From: Bispira polyomma
Taxonomy: Eukaryota
Direction of reading: 5' to 3'
Length of the DNA stretch: 64,000 nt
NCBI GenBank assembly: GCA_965649765.1
Contig: OZ287749.1
Coordinates: 38,192,001-38,256,000 of the forward strand
The notes below the pieces were generated by a model. It was given only the letters and a program-made list of their open reading frames with translations. It searched no databases and was not told the origin of the DNA. Numbering within the stretch: position 1 is the stretch's first letter; every line of letters begins with the position of its first letter. Below, piece after piece: positions 49,001 through 58,723 of the stretch. The position numbers and the translations under genes were made by a program.

Positions 49001-51012
49001 AATGGAACTTTTGGCAGTCTTCCCTTCTGTGAAGTCCTCTGGCATATGTCACACGAATTACTGAATCTGCTGACATCATTTTGAAGGCCTGGCCAGTAAA
49101 AATTCTGCAAAATCTTGTCCGTTGTCTTTCGTATGCCCAAATGTCCTCCAAGTAAAGCTTCATGCGCAAGCTTTAGTACTTTTGTTCTAAGTATCTTTGG
49201 AACCATCAATTGCTTCACCACGGAGCTGTTGACATCAGACAAAAACCTTCGGTAAAGTAGTCGAGACTTCACTTCAAACCAGGTCACATTGTTGCCTCTA
49301 ACACATGACTTCTGCCCACTCTTGGCTAACTCCCAATAACGCTCAAGGCTGCTATCAGACATCTGGGCCTCAATCAGGTAGTCAACTGTGATGCTTGCAT
49401 CCAATGGGGTCATGGTATGTAATCTCTTTTCAGGTCTGTCCCTTTTAGCTGCCTGACTTCGTGTTTGCACTGCATTCACACTTTGGGAATTCTGTTGCGG
49501 ATCACTTGAAATAACCAGTTGAATATCTTTTCCAGAAGACATCTTCCAGTCTGGATCAGGACTCCCTGGTGACCTCACTCCAGTAATATTTCCCAGCACA
49601 AGTGGACAGACAGGATTGTTCATGCACATCGCTTCGACAGTCCCAACAAAATATGGAGTATCAATTTCAATGGTAGCAGAGGACACTCTCTTACCTGTCC
49701 CATCCACTAATATACACAGGTGCTTCTTGCCCGTCAGCTGTTCAGGCTCCACCAAGCTTTGCTTTACCACCACACCAGTACAGCCTGTATCTCTTAAGAC
49801 ATCAACAACATGGGATCCTACTTTTCCTTTTACCACAGGCATGTTCTTCAGAATACCCTTCTGTTTCTCATGTTGATCACATGCCCCACTCACAATAGGA
49901 ATCTTCTTTCCACATGCCAACTTGATGTTGTCCTGACTGACACAAGCATGCTCACAAGTATGTACAGCACAAGCAGAAGAACCTTCTACACCTTTATCTT
50001 TGACCTGAGTCTTTACCGTTTCCTTCATATCTTCAGTAATCGCAGAGGCAATGGTCTTTACCCATGCTTTAGCTTTCAAATGGCAGTCTTTAGCGATATG
50101 TCCCATTTTTCCACATTTAAAGCACTTCTTGCCAAAACTACTACCTTGCCTTTTGTTGTCCACTGAAACAGATTTACTAACAGGTGGTTTGGATGTCTGT
50201 AAATCAGGATGGGCCGCTAGGTACATCTCTGCCAGTTCCGCCATCTCTGATGCAGTTGTTGGGTTCCTTTCCTTAAGAAAAATAGCAAGACTTTTGCTAC
50301 TGGCATTAAGAAACTGTTCCCTCACTAATAAGTCTTCAATTCCGTCAAAAGACTTCTCAGTATTGCTCAGTTCCACCCAACGTTTTAAATAATTACGGAG
50401 TCTCTCCATGAACTGACCTGAGCTCTCACCAGGTGTAATTGTACCAGAACGAAACTTGACCCTGAAGCCCTCATCGTTCAGTTGGTATCTCTTGAGCAAA
50501 GCCGTCTTCAGTTTGTCATAATCATTTGCCTCCTCGTTACTGAGTCTTGAATACACTTCCAAGGCCTTACCAGTTAACAACGCACTAAGATTGATGGACC
50601 AACTTTCCTCAGGCCACTTCTGACTTGCAGCGAAACGTTCAAAACGAAGCAAGTAAGCGTCCATATCAGACTTCCCATCTTCAAAAACAGGCAACTTTGG
50701 AGTATGCGACTTCGTATAATTCACGCTTGAAAAGGTACTTTGCTCAGCCCTGATTGAAACATCTGCAGCTCTAATCTCCAGTTCTTTCACATCTCTTTCC
50801 ATCTGTAACCTCTCTCTATCACTTTGCTGTTGCAACTCGACCATATCTCTGTCATGTGCTCTTTTAAGTCGTCTCTCCTCTCTTTCTCTGTCTTGCACCT
50901 CCCTTTCTCTTGCCTGCTCTCCAGCCTGCTCCTCTCTGACAAACTCTCTCAGTTCCAACCCTTCATAACCCAACTCCTTCCCGAGTTTAATTAAGCGCTC
51001 TAGCTGATCCAT
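46090..51012 (-). CDS. Gag-Pol polyprotein, order Gag(CCHC)-PR-INT-RT-RNaseH, copy 1
   Basis: CFKCGKMGHIAKDC; LRDTGC; HHCC and D(IDLVGP), D(SDQGSQF), E(GLVEKF); GPY; RT YASPIVLVKK, MPFGL, FVDD; RNase H QSDAS, EKECL, TDH. Confidence 0.97.
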   Translation of the reverse strand: MDQLERLIKLGKELGYEGLELREFVREEQAGEQAREREVQDREREERRLKRAHDRDMVELQQQSDRERLQMERDVKELEIRAADVSIRAEQSTFSSVNYTKSHTPKLPVFEDGKSDMDAYLLRFERFAASQKWPEESWSINLSALLTGKALEVYSRLSNEEANDYDKLKTALLKRYQLNDEGFRVKFRSGTITPGESSGQFMERLRNYLKRWVELSNTEKSFDGIEDLLVREQFLNASSKSLAIFLKERNPTTASEMAELAEMYLAAHPDLQTSKPPVSKSVSVDNKRQGSSFGKKCFKCGKMGHIAKDCHLKAKAWVKTIASAITEDMKETVKTQVKDKGVEGSSACAVHTCEHACVSQDNIKLACGKKIPIVSGACDQHEKQKGILKNMPVVKGKVGSHVVDVLRDTGCTGVVVKQSLVEPEQLTGKKHLCILVDGTGKRVSSATIEIDTPYFVGTVEAMCMNNPVCPLVLGNITGVRSPGSPDPDWKMSSGKDIQLVISSDPQQNSQSVNAVQTRSQAAKRDRPEKRLHTMTPLDASITVDYLIEAQMSDSSLERYWELAKSGQKSCVRGNNVTWFEVKSRLLYRRFLSDVNSSVVKQLMVPKILRTKVLKLAHEALLGGHLGIRKTTDKILQNFYWPGLQNDVSRFSNSCDICQRTSQKGRLPKVPLQNMPIIDTPFKRVAIDLVGPINPVSDKKRLHTMTPLDASITVDYLIEAQMSDSSLERYWELAKSGQKSCVRGNNVTWFEVKSRLLYRRFLSDVNSSVVKQLMVPKILRTKVLKLAHEALLGGHLGIRKTTDKILQNFYWPGLQNDVSRFSNSCDICQRTSQKGRLPKVPLQNMPIIDTPFKRVAIDLVGPINPVSDRGYRYMLTLMDYATRYPEVVPLKRIDSEAVAEALVNIFTRVGVPSEVLSDQGSQFLSSVMSEVSRLLSINRLVTTPYHPMCNGLVEKFHLVLKSMLRRLCQEKPKDWDRYIPAVLFAYRETPQASLGFSPFELLYGRTVRGPMQILHELWTKEGTPDEVKTTYEYVIDLRNKLEDTCKLAQEELRKNQAKSKIWYDKKTKPRKFQVGDKVLVLLPTVANKLLMSWKGPYEVMDVKGVNDYSVSMKGKVKVIHANMLKHYLERRESDVRSDLPVGGAPLDMVAVSLIEEEQEETQENLIDLFPYLQNESYKDVTISPTLTENQKQEVQQLLKEYQDIFSDLPGTTDLVEHKIVLNTDEPVRKRPYPIPYHLRKVVDEEVETMLKLGVIGSCDSPYASPIVLVKKKDGKIRFCADYRNLNLQTVFSTEPMMTANDIYSKLSGDVFFSKFDMTKGYWQIPMEEGSQDKTCFLTPQGSFRFLKMPFGLVNATATFNKMVRKLLKDLYFCDSFVDDILCHTPLWDQHLSELRKLFQRLRNAHLTVKPSKCQIGFKNLNFLGNHVGDGSMKPDEEKVLNILSVPIPVTKKQVRSFLGFIGYYSKYIPNFSAISAPLSDLTKKGQPNKVLWQEPQDKAFQALKELLAKRPILRLPDFAKPFIVQSDASEYGIGAVLMQEGDDGKFPVEYASKKLSDTQKHYAVIEKECLSLVWAIKKFAPYLYGKEFLVETDHQPLIYIKRSKMDNSRIMRWALFLQSFSFKIRAIRSSENVAADYLSRA
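48411..49430. repeat. Exact 510-bp in-frame tandem duplication of the integrase N-terminal region (also at +6317 and +12634)
   Basis: 48411-48920 equals 48921-49430; protein KRLHTMTP...GPINPVSD occurs twice. Confidence 0.95.
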
Positions 51013-51138
51013 GTCACTATGGTTACCTTACACACTACTACTACTGGGGTACAACTTCTGGACAAGGCACACAAGGCCAACCGTAACACTTTTGATCACT
51101 TACACACACTGTATGACTACAGCCACAGAACACTTGAC

Positions 51139-51232
51139 TTGGGAATCCACCCAAAATAATGAGAATCCACTCAAATATGTGTGATGAGAATCCACTCTAT
51201 CACAATCCTAATACTGAGAATCCACTCAGTTA
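51139..51232 (-). promoter_or_regulatory. Four leader stem-loops with an identical UGGAUU loop (candidate packaging signal)
   Basis: Plus strand: ttggg-aatcca-cccaa, tgag-aatcca-ctca, tgtgatgag-aatcca-ctctatcaca, actgag-aatcca-ctcagt. Confidence 0.65.
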
Positions 51233-51434
51233 TTTACCTGAACACTTGTTCACAACGTAATAACCTTAAGTTGAGTATCCACGCACCCACCCAAATAGTA
51301 TGAAATCCAACACAACTGTTCCCGGAAATAATACTATGTACCCCCCTAAGCTGATATACATATAATACATGCAACTACCTTACCCTGCCACACCTAGTAT
51401 ATACTTCTATGTTACATGTCACTAAATTTGGGAT

Positions 51435-51452
51435 ATCCTGGTCATGGCACCA
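51435..51452 (-). promoter_or_regulatory. Primer-binding site, tRNA-His (also 57752-57769)
   Basis: TGGTGCCATGACCAGGAT 1 nt after the LTR; 17/18 complementary to the metazoan tRNA-His 3' end ATCCTGGTCACGGCACCA (recalled from memory). Confidence 0.85.
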
Positions 51453-51453
51453 A

Positions 51454-52313
51454 TGTTACATTTATGTTACATTTTAACACTAAAATGTTGGGTCAAAGAT
51501 CGTATAGTAGTTCCCAAACCAAGTTTATTCTAAATACATGAAAACAACAACAATATACTATAACAAAAATAATATTTAAACACCCTAAATATCTGACGCC
51601 AGAACTATTAACGGTAATAATATTCCACAAGATGTAAACAAAACAAATGGTAAGTCAATTCAAAGTTCACAGTTGAACAACAGTTAATTTGCTGTAACTC
51701 TACACCAGCAAATAAGGTACGTATCCAGCCTGTATAGCAGTATGGTAATTCTCCTTGAATGTAATGTACATATAATAGTTCACCAGCATGTAGGAAATCA
51801 GAGTAGTCAAAGGTAACCAGTAGCGACCTCATTATACTAGGATCACATCAGTAAGACTTGGGTAGGTATAACCTCATGTAGCCCAGTTCACTACCAGCTA
51901 TAGGGTGATGCTCACTATAGTCTACAAATAAAGGACTAAACTACTGAACATTGGGCTTGGAAATAAACTAAAGTAGTTCTCAACTGAGTATACATTAAAG
52001 CATGATAATAACAACCTACATCTATACAATAAGAAATAAACTACACATTAAACTAAAGAATCCTAATGCACAAATTATATAAAGTAATATTTACTCACAT
52101 TATACACCCCAGTACAAAATAACCCAACTTGCTCCACCTTGTCCTTTTAACATGTGAGAAAGATTATACAAAGACAGAAGCCTAAATACCATAACAGGCA
52201 ATATTCACATATTGAAAATCACACACACACAATCTGTGTTCTAACCATAGTATTTTCGTATTTAATTTACACTCAAATAACCTAACCATAATATTTACAC
52301 TCAATACACAACA
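51454..52313 (-). repeat. LTR 2 (shared by adjacent units)
   Basis: Identical to LTR 1 at +6317; PBS on one side and PPT on the other. Confidence 0.75.
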
Positions 52314-52406
52314 TACTTCCACCCTAAGACCATACTTGCTATTGTTACAAAAATAACCGCCAACAACCTCACCCACAAACTACTGTTCAGCAATCTTAAA
52401 AATAAA

Positions 52407-55400
52407 TTACGCTCTGCTCAGATAGTCAGCAGCAACATTTTCTGAACTCCTTATAGCTCTAATCTTGAAACTAAATGATTGTAAGAACAATGCCCAACGC
52501 ATAATGCGGCTATTATCCATTTTTGACCTCTTAATGTAAATGAGGGGCTGATGATCAGTCTCAACTAAGAATTCTTTCCCATACAAATATGGAGCAAATT
52601 TCTTGATTGCCCAAACTAGTGATAAGCATTCTTTCTCTATTACAGCATAGTGCTTTTGAGTATCAGACAGCTTTTTACTAGCATATTCTACAGGAAACTT
52701 GCCATCATCACCTTCCTGCATCAATACCGCTCCTATACCATATTCAGAGGCATCACTCTGCACAATAAATGGTTTCGCAAAATCTGGTAATCTTAGAATT
52801 GGTCTCTTTGCTAGAAGTTCTTTCAAAGCCTGAAAAGCTTTATCTTGAGGTTCCTGCCACAGTACTTTGTTAGGTTGACCTTTCTTAGTGAGATCCGATA
52901 ATGGTGCAGAGATAGCACTGAAGTTGGGAATATACTTCGAGTAGTAACCAATAAAACCAAGGAAACTTCGCACCTGCTTCTTGGTCACAGGTATAGGCAC
53001 TGACAAAATATTCAAAACCTTTTCTTCGTCCGGTTTCATAGAACCATCACCAACATGATTCCCTAAAAAATTGAGGTTTTTGAAACCTATTTGACACTTT
53101 GACGGCTTTACGGTTAAGTGCGCATTTCTGAGTCGCTGGAAGAGTTTCCTCAATTCACTCAAATGCTGGTCCCACAAAGGCGTGTGACATAGAATATCAT
53201 CTACAAAACTGTCACAGAAATACAGATCTTTCAATAACTTCCGCACCATCTTGTTGAAGGTTGCCGTAGCATTTACCAAGCCAAAAGGCATCTTGAGAAA
53301 GCGAAAGCTTCCCTGAGGAGTGAGAAAGCACGTCTTATCTTGACTACCTTCTTCCATTGGTATTTGCCAGTATCCCTTTGTCATGTCAAACTTACTGAAG
53401 AATACATCCCCTGACAATTTTGAATATATGTCATTAGCCGTCATCATTGGCTCTGTTGAAAATACAGTTTGTAGGTTAAGATTCCGATAATCTGCACAGA
53501 AGCGAATTTTCCCGTCCTTTTTCTTCACCAGCACAATAGGTGATGCGTAAGGTGAGTCACAACTACCGATCACACCCAACTTCAGCATAGTCTCAACTTC
53601 TTCATCAACGACCTTCCGGAGATGATAAGGTATGGGATATGGCCTCTTCCTGACAGGCTCATCAGTATTCAACACAATTTTGTGCTCTACTAAATCCGTA
53701 GTGCCTGGCAAATCAGAAAATATATCTTGGTACTCTTTGAGTAACTGTTGGACTTCTTGCTTTTGATTTTCTGTTAGTGTAGGACTAATGGTCACATCTT
53801 TGTAAGATTCATTCTGAAGATACGGAAATAAATCAATTAAGTTTTCTTGCGTCTCTTCTTGTTCCTCCTCAATCAAAGATACAGCCACCATGTCCAATGG
53901 TGCACCACCAACAGGCAAGTCACTTCTCACATCACTTTCACGTCGTTCGAGGTAATGCTTCAACATGTTAGCGTGAATAACTTTCACCTTCCCTTTCATG
54001 CTGACAGAGTAGTCATTCACACCCTTAACATCCATGACCTCATACGGACCTTTCCAAGACATCAACAGTTTATTGGCTACAGTAGGCAGTAATACCAGAA
54101 CCTTATCACCAACTTGGAATTTCCTCGGTTTGGTCTTCTTATCATACCATATCTTCGATTTTGCTTGATTCTTTCTCAACTCTTCTTGGGCCAACTTACA
54201 AGTATCTTCCAATTTATTTCTCAAATCAATAACATACTCATAGGTTGTCTTGACTTCATCTGGGGTTCCTTCCTTTGTCCACAACTCATGAAGTATCTGC
54301 ATAGGTCCACGGACAGTTCTTCCATAGAGCAACTCAAATGGTGAAAATCCTAGGCTAGCTTGAGGAGTCTCTCTATAGGCAAATAAAACTGCCGGAATGT
54401 ACCGGTCCCAGTCTTTAGGTTTCTCCTGACATAACCTTCTCAGCATTGACTTCAGTACAAGGTGGAATTTCTCAACAAGCCCATTGCACATGGGGTGGTA
54501 CGGTGTAGTAACCAGCCGGTTGATACTCAGCAACCGTGAGACCTCAGACATCACACTGCTCAGGAACTGAGAACCTTGGTCACTCAAAACTTCTGATGGC
54601 ACACCTACTCTTGTAAATATGTTGACCAATGCCTCGGCAACAGCTTCAGAATCTATGCGTTTCAATGGAACAACCTCTGGATACCTGGTGGCATAGTCCA
54701 TCAAAGTTAACATATAACGGTAGCCCCTATCTGAAACTGGATTAATGGGTCCAACCAAGTCAATCGCTACCCTTTTGAAGGGCGTGTCAATTATGGGCAT
54801 GTTTTGCAATGGAACTTTTGGCAGTCTTCCCTTCTGTGAAGTCCTCTGGCATATGTCACACGAATTACTGAATCTGCTGACATCATTTTGAAGGCCTGGC
54901 CAGTAAAAATTCTGCAAAATCTTGTCCGTTGTCTTTCGTATGCCCAAATGTCCTCCAAGTAAAGCTTCATGCGCAAGCTTTAGTACTTTTGTTCTAAGTA
55001 TCTTTGGAACCATCAATTGCTTCACCACGGAGCTGTTGACATCAGACAAAAACCTTCGGTAAAGTAGTCGAGACTTCACTTCAAACCAGGTCACATTGTT
55101 GCCTCTAACACATGACTTCTGCCCACTCTTGGCTAACTCCCAATAACGCTCAAGGCTGCTATCAGACATCTGGGCCTCAATCAGGTAGTCAACTGTGATG
55201 CTTGCATCCAATGGGGTCATGGTATGTAATCTCTTTTTATCTGAAACTGGATTAATGGGTCCAACCAAGTCAATCGCTACCCTTTTGAAGGGCGTGTCAA
55301 TTATGGGCATGTTTTGCAATGGAACTTTTGGCAGTCTTCCCTTCTGTGAAGTCCTCTGGCATATGTCACACGAATTACTGAATCTGCTGACATCATTTTG

Positions 55401-57329
55401 AAGGCCTGGCCAGTAAAAATTCTGCAAAATCTTGTCCGTTGTCTTTCGTATGCCCAAATGTCCTCCAAGTAAAGCTTCATGCGCAAGCTTTAGTACTTTT
55501 GTTCTAAGTATCTTTGGAACCATCAATTGCTTCACCACGGAGCTGTTGACATCAGACAAAAACCTTCGGTAAAGTAGTCGAGACTTCACTTCAAACCAGG
55601 TCACATTGTTGCCTCTAACACATGACTTCTGCCCACTCTTGGCTAACTCCCAATAACGCTCAAGGCTGCTATCAGACATCTGGGCCTCAATCAGGTAGTC
55701 AACTGTGATGCTTGCATCCAATGGGGTCATGGTATGTAATCTCTTTTGAGGTCTGTCCCTTTTAGCTGCCTGACTTCGTGTTTGCACTGCATTCACACTT
55801 TGGGAATTCTGTTGCGGATCACTTGAAATAACCAGTTGAATATCTTTTCCAGAAGACATCTTCCAGTCTGGATCAGGACTCCCTGGTGACCTCACTCCAG
55901 TAATATTTCCCAGCACAAGTGGACAGACAGGATTGTTCATGCACATCGCTTCGACAGTCCCAACAAAATATGGAGTATCAATTTCAATGGTAGCAGAGGA
56001 CACTCTCTTACCTGTCCCATCCACTAATATACACAGGTGCTTCTTGCCCGTCAGCTGTTCAGGCTCCACCAAGCTTTGCTTTACCACCACACCAGTACAG
56101 CCTGTATCTCTTAAGACATCAACAACATGGGATCCTACTTTTCCTTTTACCACAGGCATGTTCTTCAGAATACCCTTCTGTTTCTCATGTTGATCACATG
56201 CCCCACTCACAATAGGAATCTTCTTTCCACATGCCAACTTGATGTTGTCCTGACTGACACAAGCATGCTCACAAGTATGTACAGCACAAGCAGAAGAACC
56301 TTCTACACCTTTATCTTTGACCTGAGTCTTTACCGTTTCCTTCATATCTTCAGTAATCGCAGAGGCAATGGTCTTTACCCATGCTTTAGCTTTCAAATGG
56401 CAGTCTTTAGCGATATGTCCCATTTTTCCACATTTAAAGCACTTCTTGCCAAAACTACTACCTTGCCTTTTGTTGTCCACTGAAACAGATTTACTAACAG
56501 GTGGTTTGGATGTCTGTAAATCAGGATGGGCCGCTAGGTACATCTCTGCCAGTTCCGCCATCTCTGATGCAGTTGTTGGGTTCCTTTCCTTAAGAAAAAT
56601 AGCAAGACTTTTGCTACTGGCATTAAGAAACTGTTCCCTCACTAATAAGTCTTCAATTCCGTCAAAAGACTTCTCAGTATTGCTCAGTTCCACCCAACGT
56701 TTTAAATAATTACGGAGTCTCTCCATGAACTGACCTGAGCTCTCACCAGGTGTAATTGTACCAGAACGAAACTTGACCCTGAAGCCCTCATCGTTCAGTT
56801 GGTATCTCTTGAGCAAAGCCGTCTTCAGTTTGTCATAATCATTTGCCTCCTCGTTACTGAGTCTTGAATACACTTCCAAGGCCTTACCAGTTAACAACGC
56901 ACTAAGATTGATGGACCAACTTTCCTCAGGCCACTTCTGACTTGCAGCGAAACGTTCAAAACGAAGCAAGTAAGCGTCCATATCAGACTTCCCATCTTCA
57001 AAAACAGGCAACTTTGGAGTATGCGACTTCGTATAATTCACGCTTGAAAAGGTACTTTGCTCAGCCCTGATTGAAACATCTGCAGCTCTAATCTCCAGTT
57101 CTTTCACATCTCTTTCCATCTGTAACCTCTCTCTATCACTTTGCTGTTGCAACTCGACCATATCTCTGTCATGTGCTCTTTTAAGTCGTCTCTCCTCTCT
57201 TTCTCTGTCTTGCACCTCCCTTTCTCTTGCCTGCTCTCCAGCCTGCTCCTCTCTGACAAACTCTCTCAGTTCCAACCCTTCATAACCCAACTCCTTCCCG
57301 AGTTTAATTAAGCGCTCTAGCTGATCCAT
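52407..57329 (-). CDS. Gag-Pol polyprotein, copy 2
   Basis: Same as copy 1 except RPQKR versus RPEKR (g at 55748). Confidence 0.97.
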   Translation of the reverse strand: MDQLERLIKLGKELGYEGLELREFVREEQAGEQAREREVQDREREERRLKRAHDRDMVELQQQSDRERLQMERDVKELEIRAADVSIRAEQSTFSSVNYTKSHTPKLPVFEDGKSDMDAYLLRFERFAASQKWPEESWSINLSALLTGKALEVYSRLSNEEANDYDKLKTALLKRYQLNDEGFRVKFRSGTITPGESSGQFMERLRNYLKRWVELSNTEKSFDGIEDLLVREQFLNASSKSLAIFLKERNPTTASEMAELAEMYLAAHPDLQTSKPPVSKSVSVDNKRQGSSFGKKCFKCGKMGHIAKDCHLKAKAWVKTIASAITEDMKETVKTQVKDKGVEGSSACAVHTCEHACVSQDNIKLACGKKIPIVSGACDQHEKQKGILKNMPVVKGKVGSHVVDVLRDTGCTGVVVKQSLVEPEQLTGKKHLCILVDGTGKRVSSATIEIDTPYFVGTVEAMCMNNPVCPLVLGNITGVRSPGSPDPDWKMSSGKDIQLVISSDPQQNSQSVNAVQTRSQAAKRDRPQKRLHTMTPLDASITVDYLIEAQMSDSSLERYWELAKSGQKSCVRGNNVTWFEVKSRLLYRRFLSDVNSSVVKQLMVPKILRTKVLKLAHEALLGGHLGIRKTTDKILQNFYWPGLQNDVSRFSNSCDICQRTSQKGRLPKVPLQNMPIIDTPFKRVAIDLVGPINPVSDKKRLHTMTPLDASITVDYLIEAQMSDSSLERYWELAKSGQKSCVRGNNVTWFEVKSRLLYRRFLSDVNSSVVKQLMVPKILRTKVLKLAHEALLGGHLGIRKTTDKILQNFYWPGLQNDVSRFSNSCDICQRTSQKGRLPKVPLQNMPIIDTPFKRVAIDLVGPINPVSDRGYRYMLTLMDYATRYPEVVPLKRIDSEAVAEALVNIFTRVGVPSEVLSDQGSQFLSSVMSEVSRLLSINRLVTTPYHPMCNGLVEKFHLVLKSMLRRLCQEKPKDWDRYIPAVLFAYRETPQASLGFSPFELLYGRTVRGPMQILHELWTKEGTPDEVKTTYEYVIDLRNKLEDTCKLAQEELRKNQAKSKIWYDKKTKPRKFQVGDKVLVLLPTVANKLLMSWKGPYEVMDVKGVNDYSVSMKGKVKVIHANMLKHYLERRESDVRSDLPVGGAPLDMVAVSLIEEEQEETQENLIDLFPYLQNESYKDVTISPTLTENQKQEVQQLLKEYQDIFSDLPGTTDLVEHKIVLNTDEPVRKRPYPIPYHLRKVVDEEVETMLKLGVIGSCDSPYASPIVLVKKKDGKIRFCADYRNLNLQTVFSTEPMMTANDIYSKLSGDVFFSKFDMTKGYWQIPMEEGSQDKTCFLTPQGSFRFLKMPFGLVNATATFNKMVRKLLKDLYFCDSFVDDILCHTPLWDQHLSELRKLFQRLRNAHLTVKPSKCQIGFKNLNFLGNHVGDGSMKPDEEKVLNILSVPIPVTKKQVRSFLGFIGYYSKYIPNFSAISAPLSDLTKKGQPNKVLWQEPQDKAFQALKELLAKRPILRLPDFAKPFIVQSDASEYGIGAVLMQEGDDGKFPVEYASKKLSDTQKHYAVIEKECLSLVWAIKKFAPYLYGKEFLVETDHQPLIYIKRSKMDNSRIMRWALFLQSFSFKIRAIRSSENVAADYLSRA

Positions 57330-57770
57330 GTCACTATGGTTACCTTACACACTACTACTACTGGGGTACAACTTCTGGACAAGGCACACAAGGCCAACCG
57401 TAACACTTTTGATCACTTACACACACTGTATGACTACAGCCACAGAACACTTGACTTGGGAATCCACCCAAAATAATGAGAATCCACTCAAATATGTGTG
57501 ATGAGAATCCACTCTATCACAATCCTAATACTGAGAATCCACTCAGTTATTTACCTGAACACTTGTTCACAACGTAATAACCTTAAGTTGAGTATCCACG
57601 CACCCACCCAAATAGTATGAAATCCAACACAACTGTTCCCGGAAATAATACTATGTACCCCCCTAAGCTGATATACATATAATACATGCAACTACCTTAC
57701 CCTGCCACACCTAGTATATACTTCTATGTTACATGTCACTAAATTTGGGATATCCTGGTCATGGCACCAA

Positions 57771-58630
57771 TGTTACATTTATGTTACATTTTAACACTAA
57801 AATGTTGGGTCAAAGATCGTATAGTAGTTCCCAAACCAAGTTTATTCTAAATACATGAAAACAACAACAATATACTATAACAAAAATAATATTTAAACAC
57901 CCTAAATATCTGACGCCAGAACTATTAACGGTAATAATATTCCACAAGATGTAAACAAAACAAATGGTAAGTCAATTCAAAGTTCACAGTTGAACAACAG
58001 TTAATTTGCTGTAACTCTACACCAGCAAATAAGGTACGTATCCAGCCTGTATAGCAGTATGGTAATTCTCCTTGAATGTAATGTACATATAATAGTTCAC
58101 CAGCATGTAGGAAATCAGAGTAGTCAAAGGTAACCAGTAGCGACCTCATTATACTAGGATCACATCAGTAAGACTTGGGTAGGTATAACCTCATGTAGCC
58201 CAGTTCACTACCAGCTATAGGGTGATGCTCACTATAGTCTACAAATAAAGGACTAAACTACTGAACATTGGGCTTGGAAATAAACTAAAGTAGTTCTCAA
58301 CTGAGTATACATTAAAGCATGATAATAACAACCTACATCTATACAATAAGAAATAAACTACACATTAAACTAAAGAATCCTAATGCACAAATTATATAAA
58401 GTAATATTTACTCACATTATACACCCCAGTACAAAATAACCCAACTTGCTCCACCTTGTCCTTTTAACATGTGAGAAAGATTATACAAAGACAGAAGCCT
58501 AAATACCATAACAGGCAATATTCACATATTGAAAATCACACACACACAATCTGTGTTCTAACCATAGTATTTTCGTATTTAATTTACACTCAAATAACCT
58601 AACCATAATATTTACACTCAATACACAACA
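57771..58630 (-). repeat. LTR 3 (shared)
   Basis: Identical to LTR 1 at +12634. Confidence 0.75.
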
Positions 58631-58723
58631 TACTTCCACCCTAAGACCATACTTGCTATTGTTACAAAAATAACCGCCAACAACCTCACCCACAAACTAC
58701 TGTTCAGCAATCTTAAAAATAAA

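Noticed and set aside
51139-51300. CRISPR-like repeat-spacer pattern (gagaatccactc)
   Set aside because: Repeats are too short, spacing is irregular, there are no cas genes and the context is a eukaryotic retroelement leader.
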